Below, piece by piece: positions 10,687 to 19,811 of a stretch of 64,000 nt of DNA (position 1 is the first letter of the stretch; every line of letters begins with the position of its first letter). Source of the DNA: Sphingobacteriales bacterium. Lineage in GTDB: Bacteria > Bacteroidota > Bacteroidia > UKL13-3. Both the position numbers and the translations under genes were made by a program. The DNA lies in the NCBI GenBank assembly GCA_021298155.1, contig JAJTEN010000026.1:4297-68296 (forward strand), in the 5' to 3' direction. The notes under the pieces are model-generated. The model did no database searches. It was not told the origin of the DNA and worked only from the letters and a program-made list of their open reading frames with translations.

Positions 10687-12051
10687 CTATGAAACATCCT
10701 TCAAAATTCTATATTCAGCAGGAAAATAATTATTCACTCGGTTTTGTAATACTTTCATCCAACCCAATGGCAATTGATTGAAACAAGCCAAACACCAACC
10801 TTGCGGCCAATTACCAGTTGGCAAAAGTGTTCCCTTTTTCAAAAATACGATTGCTTCTTCTCTACTCAAAGTTATACGAGGTACCTTATTACTCACATGA
10901 ACAGAGAGCGCCAAACTATGCTCTGGAATTAGGTTCCCATTTTTATCTAATTTACCCATACATATGCCTGCATACTTAACATACAATGCCTCACGCAATT
11001 GCTCGTAAACAGGAATCATAGGTTTTGGGAAGGCAAAAACAAAATCATTTTCTATAAAATAATCAAATAAATCGGGCTGATCCAAATACCCCATAGCAGC
11101 TGGTAAAAACTTCTTAGGCAGAAAATTTAATTTGGCATGTTTCCGGTTTTTATTGCCATGATCACTTAGCTTTGGTTTCTCCAAAACAGCTATAAATAAT
11201 CCCTCACCCGTAACTTTATGTGGTAAAAATTTAAATTGAAAGGCATCTACAGAACTTACAGGCCAATTAGCGGGAATTTCAATCAACTTAGGCACTAAAC
11301 CATAGTTTTCGCGTAACATAGTTACTTGATTTTCATTTTCAAATTGATTAAAAGTGCAAGTAGCATAAATTAAACTTCCACCTGGTTTCAAACAAGCAAT
11401 AATATCATGCAAAATTCGTGCTTGACGGGTTTCACATAAATGTACATGCTCCATACTCCATTCTTCCATAGCACTCGCATCCCTTCGCCATAGTCCTTCT
11501 CCACTGCAAGGAGCATCAACCAGTATAATATCAAAAAACGCTTCTAATTTTTGAAAATGCTTTGGATCGTTATGGGTTATTACTACATTTGGCTTACCCC
11601 ACCTCAATAAATTTTCTTGTAATATGGCCACACGAGATTTAATGATCTCATTGGCAACTACAAGCGCAGATTCTGGCAAGGCATCTATCAAGGTAGTTGT
11701 TTTACCTCCCGGGGCCGCGCATAGATCTAATACAACAGGCGCATCAATCGATTTAGCAATTTCTTGCACAATAGTATTCAAAAACATGCTAGAACTTTCT
11801 TGCACATAATAGGCGCCAGCATGCCAAAGTGGATCTTCCGTAAAAGAAGGACGTTGACTTAAAATCCTGGCTTCTTTGCACCACAACACCTCAGTTTCAT
11901 CAGAAAAAGCATCAGAAAATTTGGAGGTATTTTTCCGTATGGAAGTTTTTGGCACCTGCTGAAGTGACTCAAAAAAATATCCCGCCTCATCAGGGTAGAG
12001 CGACAGGATATTTTCTATAAATGCATCTGGCAATTGTATCATTGCCGTCAA
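10687..12051 (-). CDS. NOL1/NOP2/Sun family RNA m5C methyltransferase (RsmF-like) with C-terminal extension
   Basis: 454 aa. Motifs LDLCAAPGGKTT and DAPCSGEGLWRRD. C-terminal ~150 aa resemble the RsmF-type accessory domain. Confidence 0.75.
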   Translation of the reverse strand: MTAMIQLPDAFIENILSLYPDEAGYFFESLQQVPKTSIRKNTSKFSDAFSDETEVLWCKEARILSQRPSFTEDPLWHAGAYYVQESSSMFLNTIVQEIAKSIDAPVVLDLCAAPGGKTTTLIDALPESALVVANEIIKSRVAILQENLLRWGKPNVVITHNDPKHFQKLEAFFDIILVDAPCSGEGLWRRDASAMEEWSMEHVHLCETRQARILHDIIACLKPGGSLIYATCTFNQFENENQVTMLRENYGLVPKLIEIPANWPVSSVDAFQFKFLPHKVTGEGLFIAVLEKPKLSDHGNKNRKHAKLNFLPKKFLPAAMGYLDQPDLFDYFIENDFVFAFPKPMIPVYEQLREALYVKYAGICMGKLDKNGNLIPEHSLALSVHVSNKVPRITLSREEAIVFLKKGTLLPTGNWPQGWCLACFNQLPLGWMKVLQNRVNNYFPAEYRILKDVS

Positions 12052-12053
12052 AT

Positions 12054-12437
12054 TTATAAGGTCTTAGTCAGAAATTTTTCAAAATCTGTTTTTAATTCTT
12101 TGTAGATCCTTATAAATGTGTCATGTTGATCAATCAAATTCGCAGGTATCTCAATACTTCTGCGATTGGTTGCTATACTATTTTTTTTAACATCATCTAC
12201 AATTATATTTTCAAATTGCGTGTATGCATGATGCAGTGTATCCATCACTTCACGATGTCTAATAAATTGATTTTGAAAATGCTCAAGCTCGGCTAAAAGG
12301 TCTTTATTATTGTTTTTAGATACAATTTCCCCTAACCTATTTTGAAAAATGGTTAACTCTTCAGTATAAAAGTTAAGTTCCTTTACCCACTCATACATTT
12401 TAGCATGGGCTTCATTTAAATGTGCTTTGGTTTCCAT
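12054..12437 (-). CDS. hypothetical protein, predicted coiled-coil (127 aa)
   Basis: Only 2 nt separate it from the downstream methyltransferase gene (likely co-transcribed). No recognisable motif. Heptad-like charged/hydrophobic pattern. Confidence 0.5.
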   Translation of the reverse strand: METKAHLNEAHAKMYEWVKELNFYTEELTIFQNRLGEIVSKNNNKDLLAELEHFQNQFIRHREVMDTLHHAYTQFENIIVDDVKKNSIATNRRSIEIPANLIDQHDTFIRIYKELKTDFEKFLTKTL

Positions 12438-12611
12438 ATTAATTAAGTTAAATATTGATATTACCCATCAAAATTAATCCAATGCGCATCCTTTTTAAAT
12501 GATGAAAATCAGCATAAAACCTAATAAATAACATGGAAAAACTTTAAAATATGTTAATTAAATTCGATAGTTGCAGGATTGGCATGAAAATAGTTAATTT
12601 CACGGCATAAT

Positions 12612-14063
12612 ATGACCCAATTAGTTATGAAAAAACATAGTTTATCTTTAGTATTATTTTTATTTTTAGGCCTAACAACTTTTGCCAAAGATGCCTATAA
12701 CATTAGCATAACCATAAAAGGAGCTCCAGAAACAAAATTTTTCTTGGGTTACTATTTTGGTGATAAACAATATTTAAGAGATAGTGCCATAACAGACAAG
12801 TCTGGCAAAATGGTATTTAAAGGTGATAAAGCACTGGAAGGTGGTGTTTACCTCATAGCATCTTCAGAAAAATCTTTGCTATTCGATTTCATTATCAGTG
12901 AAATGTTTTTCAGTCTTGAAACAGATTTAAGCAATTTAATGGGCGCCATGAAGGTTAAAAACTCTTATGAAAATGATGTATTTTTTAATTATACTAAATT
13001 CACCAATCAAGTTGGGAAAGATGCCGGCACAATTGAAAATGATTTAAAAAAAGCAAGAGAACAAAATGATACCGCCATGGTGCGCATCTTAACAGAAAAG
13101 TACCGAAAAATTTCTACTGATATTTATGAATATAGAAAAGGCGTATTAGAAAAAAATCCAAATACCCTTTTGGCCAAGATTTTTAAAATGATGACCGATA
13201 TTCAGGTTCCAGATGCACCTAAAAACGAAAAAGGAGAAATAATTGACAGTAATTTTCAATTTAATTACTACTATCAGCATTACTTCGATAATATGGATTT
13301 AACTGATGATAGGATTGTTAGAACACCTGTTTTCCATAATAAATTTGAGTCTTTTATTCTTAAACTTACTCCGCAAATACCAGATAGCATTATCAAATCT
13401 GCAGATTTCATGCTCAACAAAGCTACGGGTAAAGAGAATTTTAAATATATGTTATTCTGGATTACCAATCATTACGAAACATCTAATTACATGGGAATGG
13501 ATAAGGTTTTTGTACATATGGTAGACCAATATTACGCCAAAGGAAGGGCTTTCTGGATAGATGAAACTGTTCTATTTAAAATGAAGGATCGTGCAGATCA
13601 ACTCAGAAATAATTTAATTGGTTTGCGTGGGCAAAATTTAACCATGCTCGATACCAATCATATTTACCACAGTTTATACAATGTAAAAGCCAACTACACC
13701 CTACTTATCTTCTGGGATGCTAATTGCGGTAAATGTAAAGAGGAGATGCCTAAGCTAAAGAAACTATACGAAGAACTTAACCCAAAAGCTGCCATAAATG
13801 GTAAAACTTATTTCGATGTTTTTGCCGTTAGTCTTACTCCAGATGCCAAAGAATGGCAAAAGTATTTGAGAGAACAAAATTTTAAATGGCTTAATGTATA
13901 CGACCCTAATAACGAGACAAATTTTAGAAAGTTATACGACATTTATAGCACTCCCGTTCTGTATTTATTAGATGAAAACAAACAGATCATTGCCAAACGT
14001 TTAAATGTAGAGCAGGTTAAAGAATTTATTCAGGAACAAGAAAACAGAAAAAAGCTTAAGTAA
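12612..14063 (+). CDS. TlpA/ResA-like thiol-disulfide oxidoreductase lipoprotein (thioredoxin fold) with large N-terminal domain
   Basis: 483 aa with signal peptide. C-terminal thioredoxin-like domain has a CGKC active site (LIFWDANCGKCKEEMPKLKKLY). The N-terminal ~340 aa have no motif I recognise. Confidence 0.7.
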   Translation: MTQLVMKKHSLSLVLFLFLGLTTFAKDAYNISITIKGAPETKFFLGYYFGDKQYLRDSAITDKSGKMVFKGDKALEGGVYLIASSEKSLLFDFIISEMFFSLETDLSNLMGAMKVKNSYENDVFFNYTKFTNQVGKDAGTIENDLKKAREQNDTAMVRILTEKYRKISTDIYEYRKGVLEKNPNTLLAKIFKMMTDIQVPDAPKNEKGEIIDSNFQFNYYYQHYFDNMDLTDDRIVRTPVFHNKFESFILKLTPQIPDSIIKSADFMLNKATGKENFKYMLFWITNHYETSNYMGMDKVFVHMVDQYYAKGRAFWIDETVLFKMKDRADQLRNNLIGLRGQNLTMLDTNHIYHSLYNVKANYTLLIFWDANCGKCKEEMPKLKKLYEELNPKAAINGKTYFDVFAVSLTPDAKEWQKYLREQNFKWLNVYDPNNETNFRKLYDIYSTPVLYLLDENKQIIAKRLNVEQVKEFIQEQENRKKLK

Positions 14064-14069
14064 TTAAAT

Positions 14070-14789
14070 ATGAAAGTTGATATTCTTGTTTTTGCCGCCC
14101 ATCCAGATGATGCTGAGTTGTCTTGTAGTGGAACCATTTTAGCCCATAAAGACTTAGGTTACTCAGTGGCTTTGGTTGATCTTACAGAGGGAGAACTCGG
14201 AACAAGAGGAAGTGTATCCTTGCGAAAACAAGAGGCAGATGCAGCCAGCCTTATTTTGGGGATAGACTATAGAGAAAACCTTGGTTTTAGAGATGGCTTT
14301 TTTACCAAAGATGAAACCCACTTGCTAAAAGTTATTGAAATCATCAGAAAATATCAGCCCCAAATTGTTTTGGCAAATGCGATTTCAGACCGACATATAG
14401 ATCATGGAAGAGCAAGTGATTTGGTTCACGATGCTTGCTTTTTGGCTGGCCTAACAAAAATACAAACCCATCATGCAGGCATCAATCAATCACCATGGCG
14501 ACCTAAAAAAGTGTATCATTATATTCAAGATCAACTTTTAAAGCCTGATATAGTATTTGATATAAGTGCTTATTTCCCGAAAAAAATGGAGAGTATTTTA
14601 GCCTTTAAATCTCAATTTTTTAATCCAAATTCCAATGAACCAGTAACACCCATTGCTACACCTGAATTTTTAGACTTTATAAAAGGTAGGGCCCTAGAAT
14701 TCGGGAGAAGTATTGGAGTAACATACGGCGAAGGTTTCCAAATTAGAACGGGGAATATTGGCAGTAGTAATTTGTTAAACCTACTTTAG
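14070..14789 (+). CDS. bshB1: PIG-L/LmbE family N-acetylglucosaminyl deacetylase, probably bacillithiol biosynthesis BshB1
   Basis: 239 aa. N-terminal LVFAAHPDDAELSCSGT zinc-binding motif typical of LmbE/BshB deacetylases. Confidence 0.7.
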   Translation: MKVDILVFAAHPDDAELSCSGTILAHKDLGYSVALVDLTEGELGTRGSVSLRKQEADAASLILGIDYRENLGFRDGFFTKDETHLLKVIEIIRKYQPQIVLANAISDRHIDHGRASDLVHDACFLAGLTKIQTHHAGINQSPWRPKKVYHYIQDQLLKPDIVFDISAYFPKKMESILAFKSQFFNPNSNEPVTPIATPEFLDFIKGRALEFGRSIGVTYGEGFQIRTGNIGSSNLLNLL

Positions 14790-15679
14790 GTAATTGATAT
14801 ATACCAAGCTTTACACTTGGCAAGGAACATTTTAAATGCATTAGGTTTTTTAAGTGTTATTTGACTATCATAGGTTTGTCCCATCAATAACATTTCTTTA
14901 TACAAAAATGAGGATGGAATCCCCCATTTTTTAGCAAAGGTTTTCCGACCATTATTTCGAATCACCCTACCGGTAGATTTACATTTAAAATGGTATACCA
15001 AACTCTTTCCTATTCCCTTAAATTCTCTTACGCCAATTTCCCATAATTTCATGGCAAAATCTGGATCAGAATAAAAACCAGGTGTATAATCCACATCATA
15101 TCCATTTACCTTATCCCAGACTTCTTTATGCACCAAACTTGGTGGCCAACACGACCCAAACCAATCTGTTTTGGGATGAGATGCTGCAAAAAGTAAAAAT
15201 GCGCTTTCATCAAATGTATCGTAGGTTCGACCAAAATCGTAAGGAGCTAAAATTGCCTTGTTTGAACCACCATCAAATTCTACCATGGTAGCAGAAAAAT
15301 AAAATAAATGATTGGCTTGTAAGGCTATTTCTTGATCTAAATATAGGTCCCAATTCTTAGCCAAATACATATCATCATTGACATATAAAATATAATTGGT
15401 TCGAACCAACTTAGACATAGCGTTTAATGCATAACATACGCCTACATTTTCACTTGAGTAGGTATACGAATACGCGCTATCTTTAACCCATTGTAAAGTA
15501 TTGTCTATTCCTTCATTTACATGAATTATGATTTGATGTTTAAAGGCACTGTTCTTTTCTATGCTTTGAATACATAACTTTAAATAAGGCAAGTTATTCC
15601 AACTAGGAATTAAAATACTAAACTTAGATGCTGAATCACTTGGGCGCAAGAATGCCTCTATTTGGGGCTCTTTTAACAT
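14786..15679 (-). CDS. glycosyltransferase family 2 protein
   Basis: 297 aa. N-terminal FSILIPSWNNLPYLKLCIQSI resembles the GT2 nucleotide-sugar binding region. Converges on bshB1 with a 4-nt overlap. Confidence 0.55.
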   Translation of the reverse strand: MLKEPQIEAFLRPSDSASKFSILIPSWNNLPYLKLCIQSIEKNSAFKHQIIIHVNEGIDNTLQWVKDSAYSYTYSSENVGVCYALNAMSKLVRTNYILYVNDDMYLAKNWDLYLDQEIALQANHLFYFSATMVEFDGGSNKAILAPYDFGRTYDTFDESAFLLFAASHPKTDWFGSCWPPSLVHKEVWDKVNGYDVDYTPGFYSDPDFAMKLWEIGVREFKGIGKSLVYHFKCKSTGRVIRNNGRKTFAKKWGIPSSFLYKEMLLMGQTYDSQITLKKPNAFKMFLAKCKAWYISIT

Positions 15680-15684
15680 AGCAT

Positions 15685-17373
15685 TTAGTTCTTAGCCTCT
15701 GCTTGTGGCGGATTAACCAATCCGAAATAAACAAAAACACGCATCATAGAATTTGAAATGCCTAATTGCTCTGCAGATTGTGGATCTAAAATAATAACAA
15801 CTTCTTTTGGAGTACCTTTAGGAAGTGGACCCAACACCCGAGCAAAATGCTCTTTAAAATTATCTCTATTTACAATATATACAAATTTACCCTTGTCTGT
15901 TGCATTGGTATAAACTCCTAGTGTATAATCTTGTTTACCATTATATTTTGCAAGTCCAGATACTTTTTCGTATCCAATAATATCCTCACCAGGTTTTGGC
16001 TGAGGTAATTTATTTTTAGGTAAAGTTCTAACATAAGGAGAAACGTCTGCACGCGTTGAATTAATGGTTAACTCCTGTCCTGCCCTAACCCGATAGGTTA
16101 ATAATCCGTTCCAATTGATAATATCTGTAGCCGATACTTTATACTTTTGGGCAATCTGTTGTAGGGTCTCATCTTTTTTTACCACATGTGTTTTAAAGGC
16201 ATCTCCTGCTCCAGCAGTTTGATGGGTATTAGGCACTACAATAGCATTTTCTTCTGCTGTTAGGGTTGAAAATAAATCATAGTTATAATCTGTTTCTTTA
16301 TAATCGAATACCCTATAGGCAATACCCTTGGGATGAACATACTCGCTATCCATTTTCATTAATTGCGCCATGTTCCGTTGCTTTTTTAAGGAAGCCAATT
16401 TTAATGAATCTTCATTAAACATTGGCAATGTACTTTTCTGAACTCCTTTTTTCACAATAGGCTTTGCTTCTGGCTCCACTATTTTAGCAGGCTTTTCAAC
16501 AGGTATACTGGCCGCTTTCATTTCTATGGGTGCCTTGGGAAGTAAACCAAGTTTTGGCTCAATCTTTGGTGTGCTTTTGGGCAATGGTTCAGGAAGCTTT
16601 GCTATGAGTTTCTCTGGCTCTGGCTCTATATTTTTCTTGGGTTCTTCCCGCTTAGGTATGTCTCTTACTACATCTATCCTTGGCGCAGGTGCTTTGGCAA
16701 TCTCCACTGGAGGAACTGGCGGTTTTGGTTCAACAATGATAGGTTTGGGTTTTTGGGGCTCTTCTTTTGCTACTACAGGTGGCGCTGCTGGATACGGGAC
16801 CTTAACTTTTTGTCCCTCTTTGAGGTTATTGCTTTTCAACGAATTGAGTGCAATAATATCTGCTGGCTCAACTGCAAAAATATCTGCTAATTGGTAAACG
16901 GTTTGCGGACTAGCCACTACGTAAATCTTATATTCTGTTGAATTTGCGTCTGCTTTACTTGCAGGCATATCTAATACCACTCGATCTTCTGCCGCTTCAG
17001 ATTTAGGTGCAGGCTTTTCTGCATATGTAGTAGAAGGGGTAACTGTTTTTGCAAGTGGTAAGTTAGATGGGGCTAATGATTTAACAGGAGGCACATTTAC
17101 ATTCCCATACTTAGATTCATTAATAGGAATTTTTACGATTTGTCCGGGAAATACTTCTTCAATAATTAATGGATTATTGCTTAAAATCTCTGCTTCACTT
17201 ACGCCATATCTTGCTGCCATTGTTTGAATACCATCTCCTTTAACCACGCGATGGACTATAAATTTTTTAGCACCACGCAGCTCCAAGCGCAGCGAATCTA
17301 ATGGCTTTGCATAGGCTGCGTAGTGGCAAAAAAATGTGTAACAAAACAAAACAAAGACAAACTTTTTAAGCAT
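15685..17373 (-). CDS. LysM peptidoglycan-binding domain protein with proline-rich linker
   Basis: 562 aa with signal peptide. At least two LysM-like segments (KGDGIQTMAARYGVSEAEI; KKDETLQQIAQKYKVSATDI). A central ~200 aa are low-complexity P/K/E/V-rich (PKPIIVEPKPPVPPVEIAKAPAP...). Confidence 0.75.
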   Translation of the reverse strand: MLKKFVFVLFCYTFFCHYAAYAKPLDSLRLELRGAKKFIVHRVVKGDGIQTMAARYGVSEAEILSNNPLIIEEVFPGQIVKIPINESKYGNVNVPPVKSLAPSNLPLAKTVTPSTTYAEKPAPKSEAAEDRVVLDMPASKADANSTEYKIYVVASPQTVYQLADIFAVEPADIIALNSLKSNNLKEGQKVKVPYPAAPPVVAKEEPQKPKPIIVEPKPPVPPVEIAKAPAPRIDVVRDIPKREEPKKNIEPEPEKLIAKLPEPLPKSTPKIEPKLGLLPKAPIEMKAASIPVEKPAKIVEPEAKPIVKKGVQKSTLPMFNEDSLKLASLKKQRNMAQLMKMDSEYVHPKGIAYRVFDYKETDYNYDLFSTLTAEENAIVVPNTHQTAGAGDAFKTHVVKKDETLQQIAQKYKVSATDIINWNGLLTYRVRAGQELTINSTRADVSPYVRTLPKNKLPQPKPGEDIIGYEKVSGLAKYNGKQDYTLGVYTNATDKGKFVYIVNRDNFKEHFARVLGPLPKGTPKEVVIILDPQSAEQLGISNSMMRVFVYFGLVNPPQAEAKN

Positions 17374-17469
17374 GCTTTAAGATTTAAAAGTCAAAAATAT
17401 GCATTATTCATTGGCAAACACAGCCTTAATTAAGAATGAATTCTGTGTGAAACCCTATTTAGTATACAC

Positions 17470-17766
17470 TTATTTAACCTTTACAGCTTCAATGCAGCTC
17501 CAAGCAATGGGCTTATCATTAAACAAAGCTTTTGTTGCTTGCCAAGTATGTTTAAACAAATCTGAATACCTATATGCATCTAAGTGCATCTCACTTTGCC
17601 AATAGCTATAGGTTAAAAATACATTTGGATGTTTGGCATCTCTTAATAATATTAGTCCCTCACACCCTTCAAATGCTGCAATTTTATCTTTTACAGCTTC
17701 AAAAAGTGCTTCAAATTCGTGCACTTTATGAGGGTCAAAACTCATCCTCACAATTCGATTTATCAT
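17470..17766 (-). CDS. antibiotic-biosynthesis-monooxygenase (ABM) domain protein
   Basis: 98 aa. Size and ferredoxin-like ABM pattern (RMSFDPHKVHEFEALFEAVKDKIAAFEGCEGLILLRD). Confidence 0.55.
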   Translation of the reverse strand: MINRIVRMSFDPHKVHEFEALFEAVKDKIAAFEGCEGLILLRDAKHPNVFLTYSYWQSEMHLDAYRYSDLFKHTWQATKALFNDKPIAWSCIEAVKVK

Positions 17767-17869
17767 AATTTAATACCCTTATTTATACTCAATTTTGGAG
17801 CAAAAGTATATCGGTAAGACACATTTAACCAAATTTGGTTCTATTGGAAATGATAAGCCTAACAAATCC

Positions 17870-18334
17870 TTATTTTTCATTACAAATGCAATAACCACCT
17901 TCCAGATTTGATAAGGTTATTTTTATTTTTTTTGTGGTGAAATTAAATTGACCAGATAAGCTAAAATTATTACCATAATTGCTAACAAGAACATTTGAAC
18001 TGAGATTTCCACCTTCATCCATTATGAAACTAGAGTTTTTCTCAATTCTTTGGCCAGAACTATTTATATTCATTGAACCAATAACAAAATGGGTTTTCGT
18101 GTGGGTTGGAATTATTGCGGTTTCAAAGTCGTACGACTCCCAAAAGTTTCCCGTACTAAAATACCTGTTGCATTGAAAAGATTTTTTACCCGTGATGGGA
18201 TGAACCGGACTATCCTTATTAATCTCATTTCCGTAATTGTCTTTATATAACGCCTCTTCCTTGCTGCAACTAAAGAAGGTACACGTGAACGCAGTAATCG
18301 ATAATACTGCTATTAAGTTATTTATTTTTATCAT
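17870..18334 (-). CDS. hypothetical lipoprotein (154 aa)
   Basis: Signal peptide with lipobox-like ...FTCTFFSC. Asn/Ser-rich. No homolog recognised. Confidence 0.5.
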   Translation of the reverse strand: MIKINNLIAVLSITAFTCTFFSCSKEEALYKDNYGNEINKDSPVHPITGKKSFQCNRYFSTGNFWESYDFETAIIPTHTKTHFVIGSMNINSSGQRIEKNSSFIMDEGGNLSSNVLVSNYGNNFSLSGQFNFTTKKIKITLSNLEGGYCICNEK

Positions 18335-18342
18335 AAACTATT

Positions 18343-19071
18343 TTAAAATAAGATAATACCTAGTTGAATATTTCCCGAGACACCATAACTTCTAAATTGC
18401 TGATCTTGAATGGGCTTATCTTCACTAAAAAAATTGGTAGAAATGATATTAGATCCATAGTTTTTTAAAACACCTGAAGCTGCATGTTGCGGCAAACCAC
18501 TTATTAAATTACCATATCTAACATACTCAACTGTTAATTGTGTACCAATAAAAATCCACTTATTAATTGGTTTTTGATACCCAAGTCCAATTCCAAATTT
18601 ATTTAAGCGTATGCCATTCATTTGGTATTCTACTTCTTGATTAGCATTTGGAATAAAAACGCGTTCATCGTATGAACCTTTTTCTATATTCAGATTTCCA
18701 CTCGCCATAGTTGCATGCATAAAAAAACCATAAGGCGCCGGCTTTTCACGGGAGAAGTATTTTCTAAACTCAATATTCATTCCCCTGTATGATGTTTCTG
18801 CTTTGCTATTCATGACTATTTCTGGACCAATTGTTTCTAATTGATCATATGATTGCGCTACATCAGTTTGAATGGCATCATAAGCAAGGGTAATCGACAT
18901 TTTTCTATGAAATGCAATCTCAGCACCATAACTATTAAAAAAACCGTGAAGGCCATTTATTGCCGTAGTCTTAAAAAGCACTCTTTTGCCCGCAAAACCA
19001 GTATTTTGAGCCTGCAAGAAATGAGAAATACTAGAAATAAAAATGAGCATTATAAATATTATTTTTCTCAT
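18343..19071 (-). CDS. small outer-membrane beta-barrel (porin-family/OmpW-like) protein
   Basis: 242 aa with signal peptide, alternating amphipathic strands and a C-terminal ...LGIILF ending in Phe, which is the outer-membrane beta-barrel signature. Confidence 0.55.
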   Translation of the reverse strand: MRKIIFIMLIFISSISHFLQAQNTGFAGKRVLFKTTAINGLHGFFNSYGAEIAFHRKMSITLAYDAIQTDVAQSYDQLETIGPEIVMNSKAETSYRGMNIEFRKYFSREKPAPYGFFMHATMASGNLNIEKGSYDERVFIPNANQEVEYQMNGIRLNKFGIGLGYQKPINKWIFIGTQLTVEYVRYGNLISGLPQHAASGVLKNYGSNIISTNFFSEDKPIQDQQFRSYGVSGNIQLGIILF

Positions 19072-19811
19072 GGGTTCAAATTTTTATTAAGTAAATAAAA
19101 AGTATCATATAAAGTTACCATAAGGTTTTCTGGTTTTACTGGGGCATCAAAAACCCGGATATCTCTATACGTAATTTTGCCTGTAGCAATATTCACAATG
19201 AAATGATACTGCACATATCCGTTTTTGGGTAGATTATCAAAACTAAGAGGCTTATTGCTTAATTCTTTATTTTTACTGTTTAAATCTATCGCAATTACAC
19301 CTACAAGTCCAACTAATTCAGAATGAACAATGGGTGCTAAATAAGAATAGTCATAACCTATATTCGGCTCAATGGTAAATAGCTGCTGTACTAAATTATT
19401 TAGATTTTTCTTAGCTATTTGATTGAAAATATTTTGTTGTATTTCATTGGCGTTCAGTATTCTTTGACTTAAGCTGTTTAAACTAAGAATACTGTCGTTA
19501 ATCCAATTTCTTGTTTTTGGATCATTCTTAATATCAAACTTTTTGGTTAGTCCGTTTATACTTGTATTGATTTCATTTTCTGCGGCAATTACAAGCGAGT
19601 AGTCGTCTTTTTTATATCCATCAATCCTAAAAATAGAAACCTGTGGCTTCAAATAAAAGATGTTATTTGAATTGTTTGCTTGAGAAATTAAAGATTCAGA
19701 TTTCTGTATCGAACTATTTATGGTATATGTACATCCATTTGCTACGAGCAAAATGATGTAAAATATTAAAAATCTATTTGTTTTCATTTTGAGAAAGCTT
19801 TTGTTTAGCAA
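19068..19811 (-). CDS. hypothetical lipoprotein (247 aa)
   Basis: Signal peptide then Cys (LLVANGCTYT). Overlaps the downstream gene by 4 nt and the upstream M48 gene start region, so it is in the same operon. The real start may be the internal Met at 19787. Confidence 0.5.
   Translation of the reverse strand: MLNKSFLKMKTNRFLIFYIILLVANGCTYTINSSIQKSESLISQANNSNNIFYLKPQVSIFRIDGYKKDDYSLVIAAENEINTSINGLTKKFDIKNDPKTRNWINDSILSLNSLSQRILNANEIQQNIFNQIAKKNLNNLVQQLFTIEPNIGYDYSYLAPIVHSELVGLVGVIAIDLNSKNKELSNKPLSFDNLPKNGYVQYHFIVNIATGKITYRDIRVFDAPVKPENLMVTLYDTFYLLNKNLNP

Noticed and set aside
16526-16897. 123-aa Gly/Ser-rich ORF on the plus strand
   Set aside because: It lies entirely antisense to the proline-rich linker of the LysM protein. 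CCN Pro codons read as NGG Gly on the other strand, so this is a compositional artefact.
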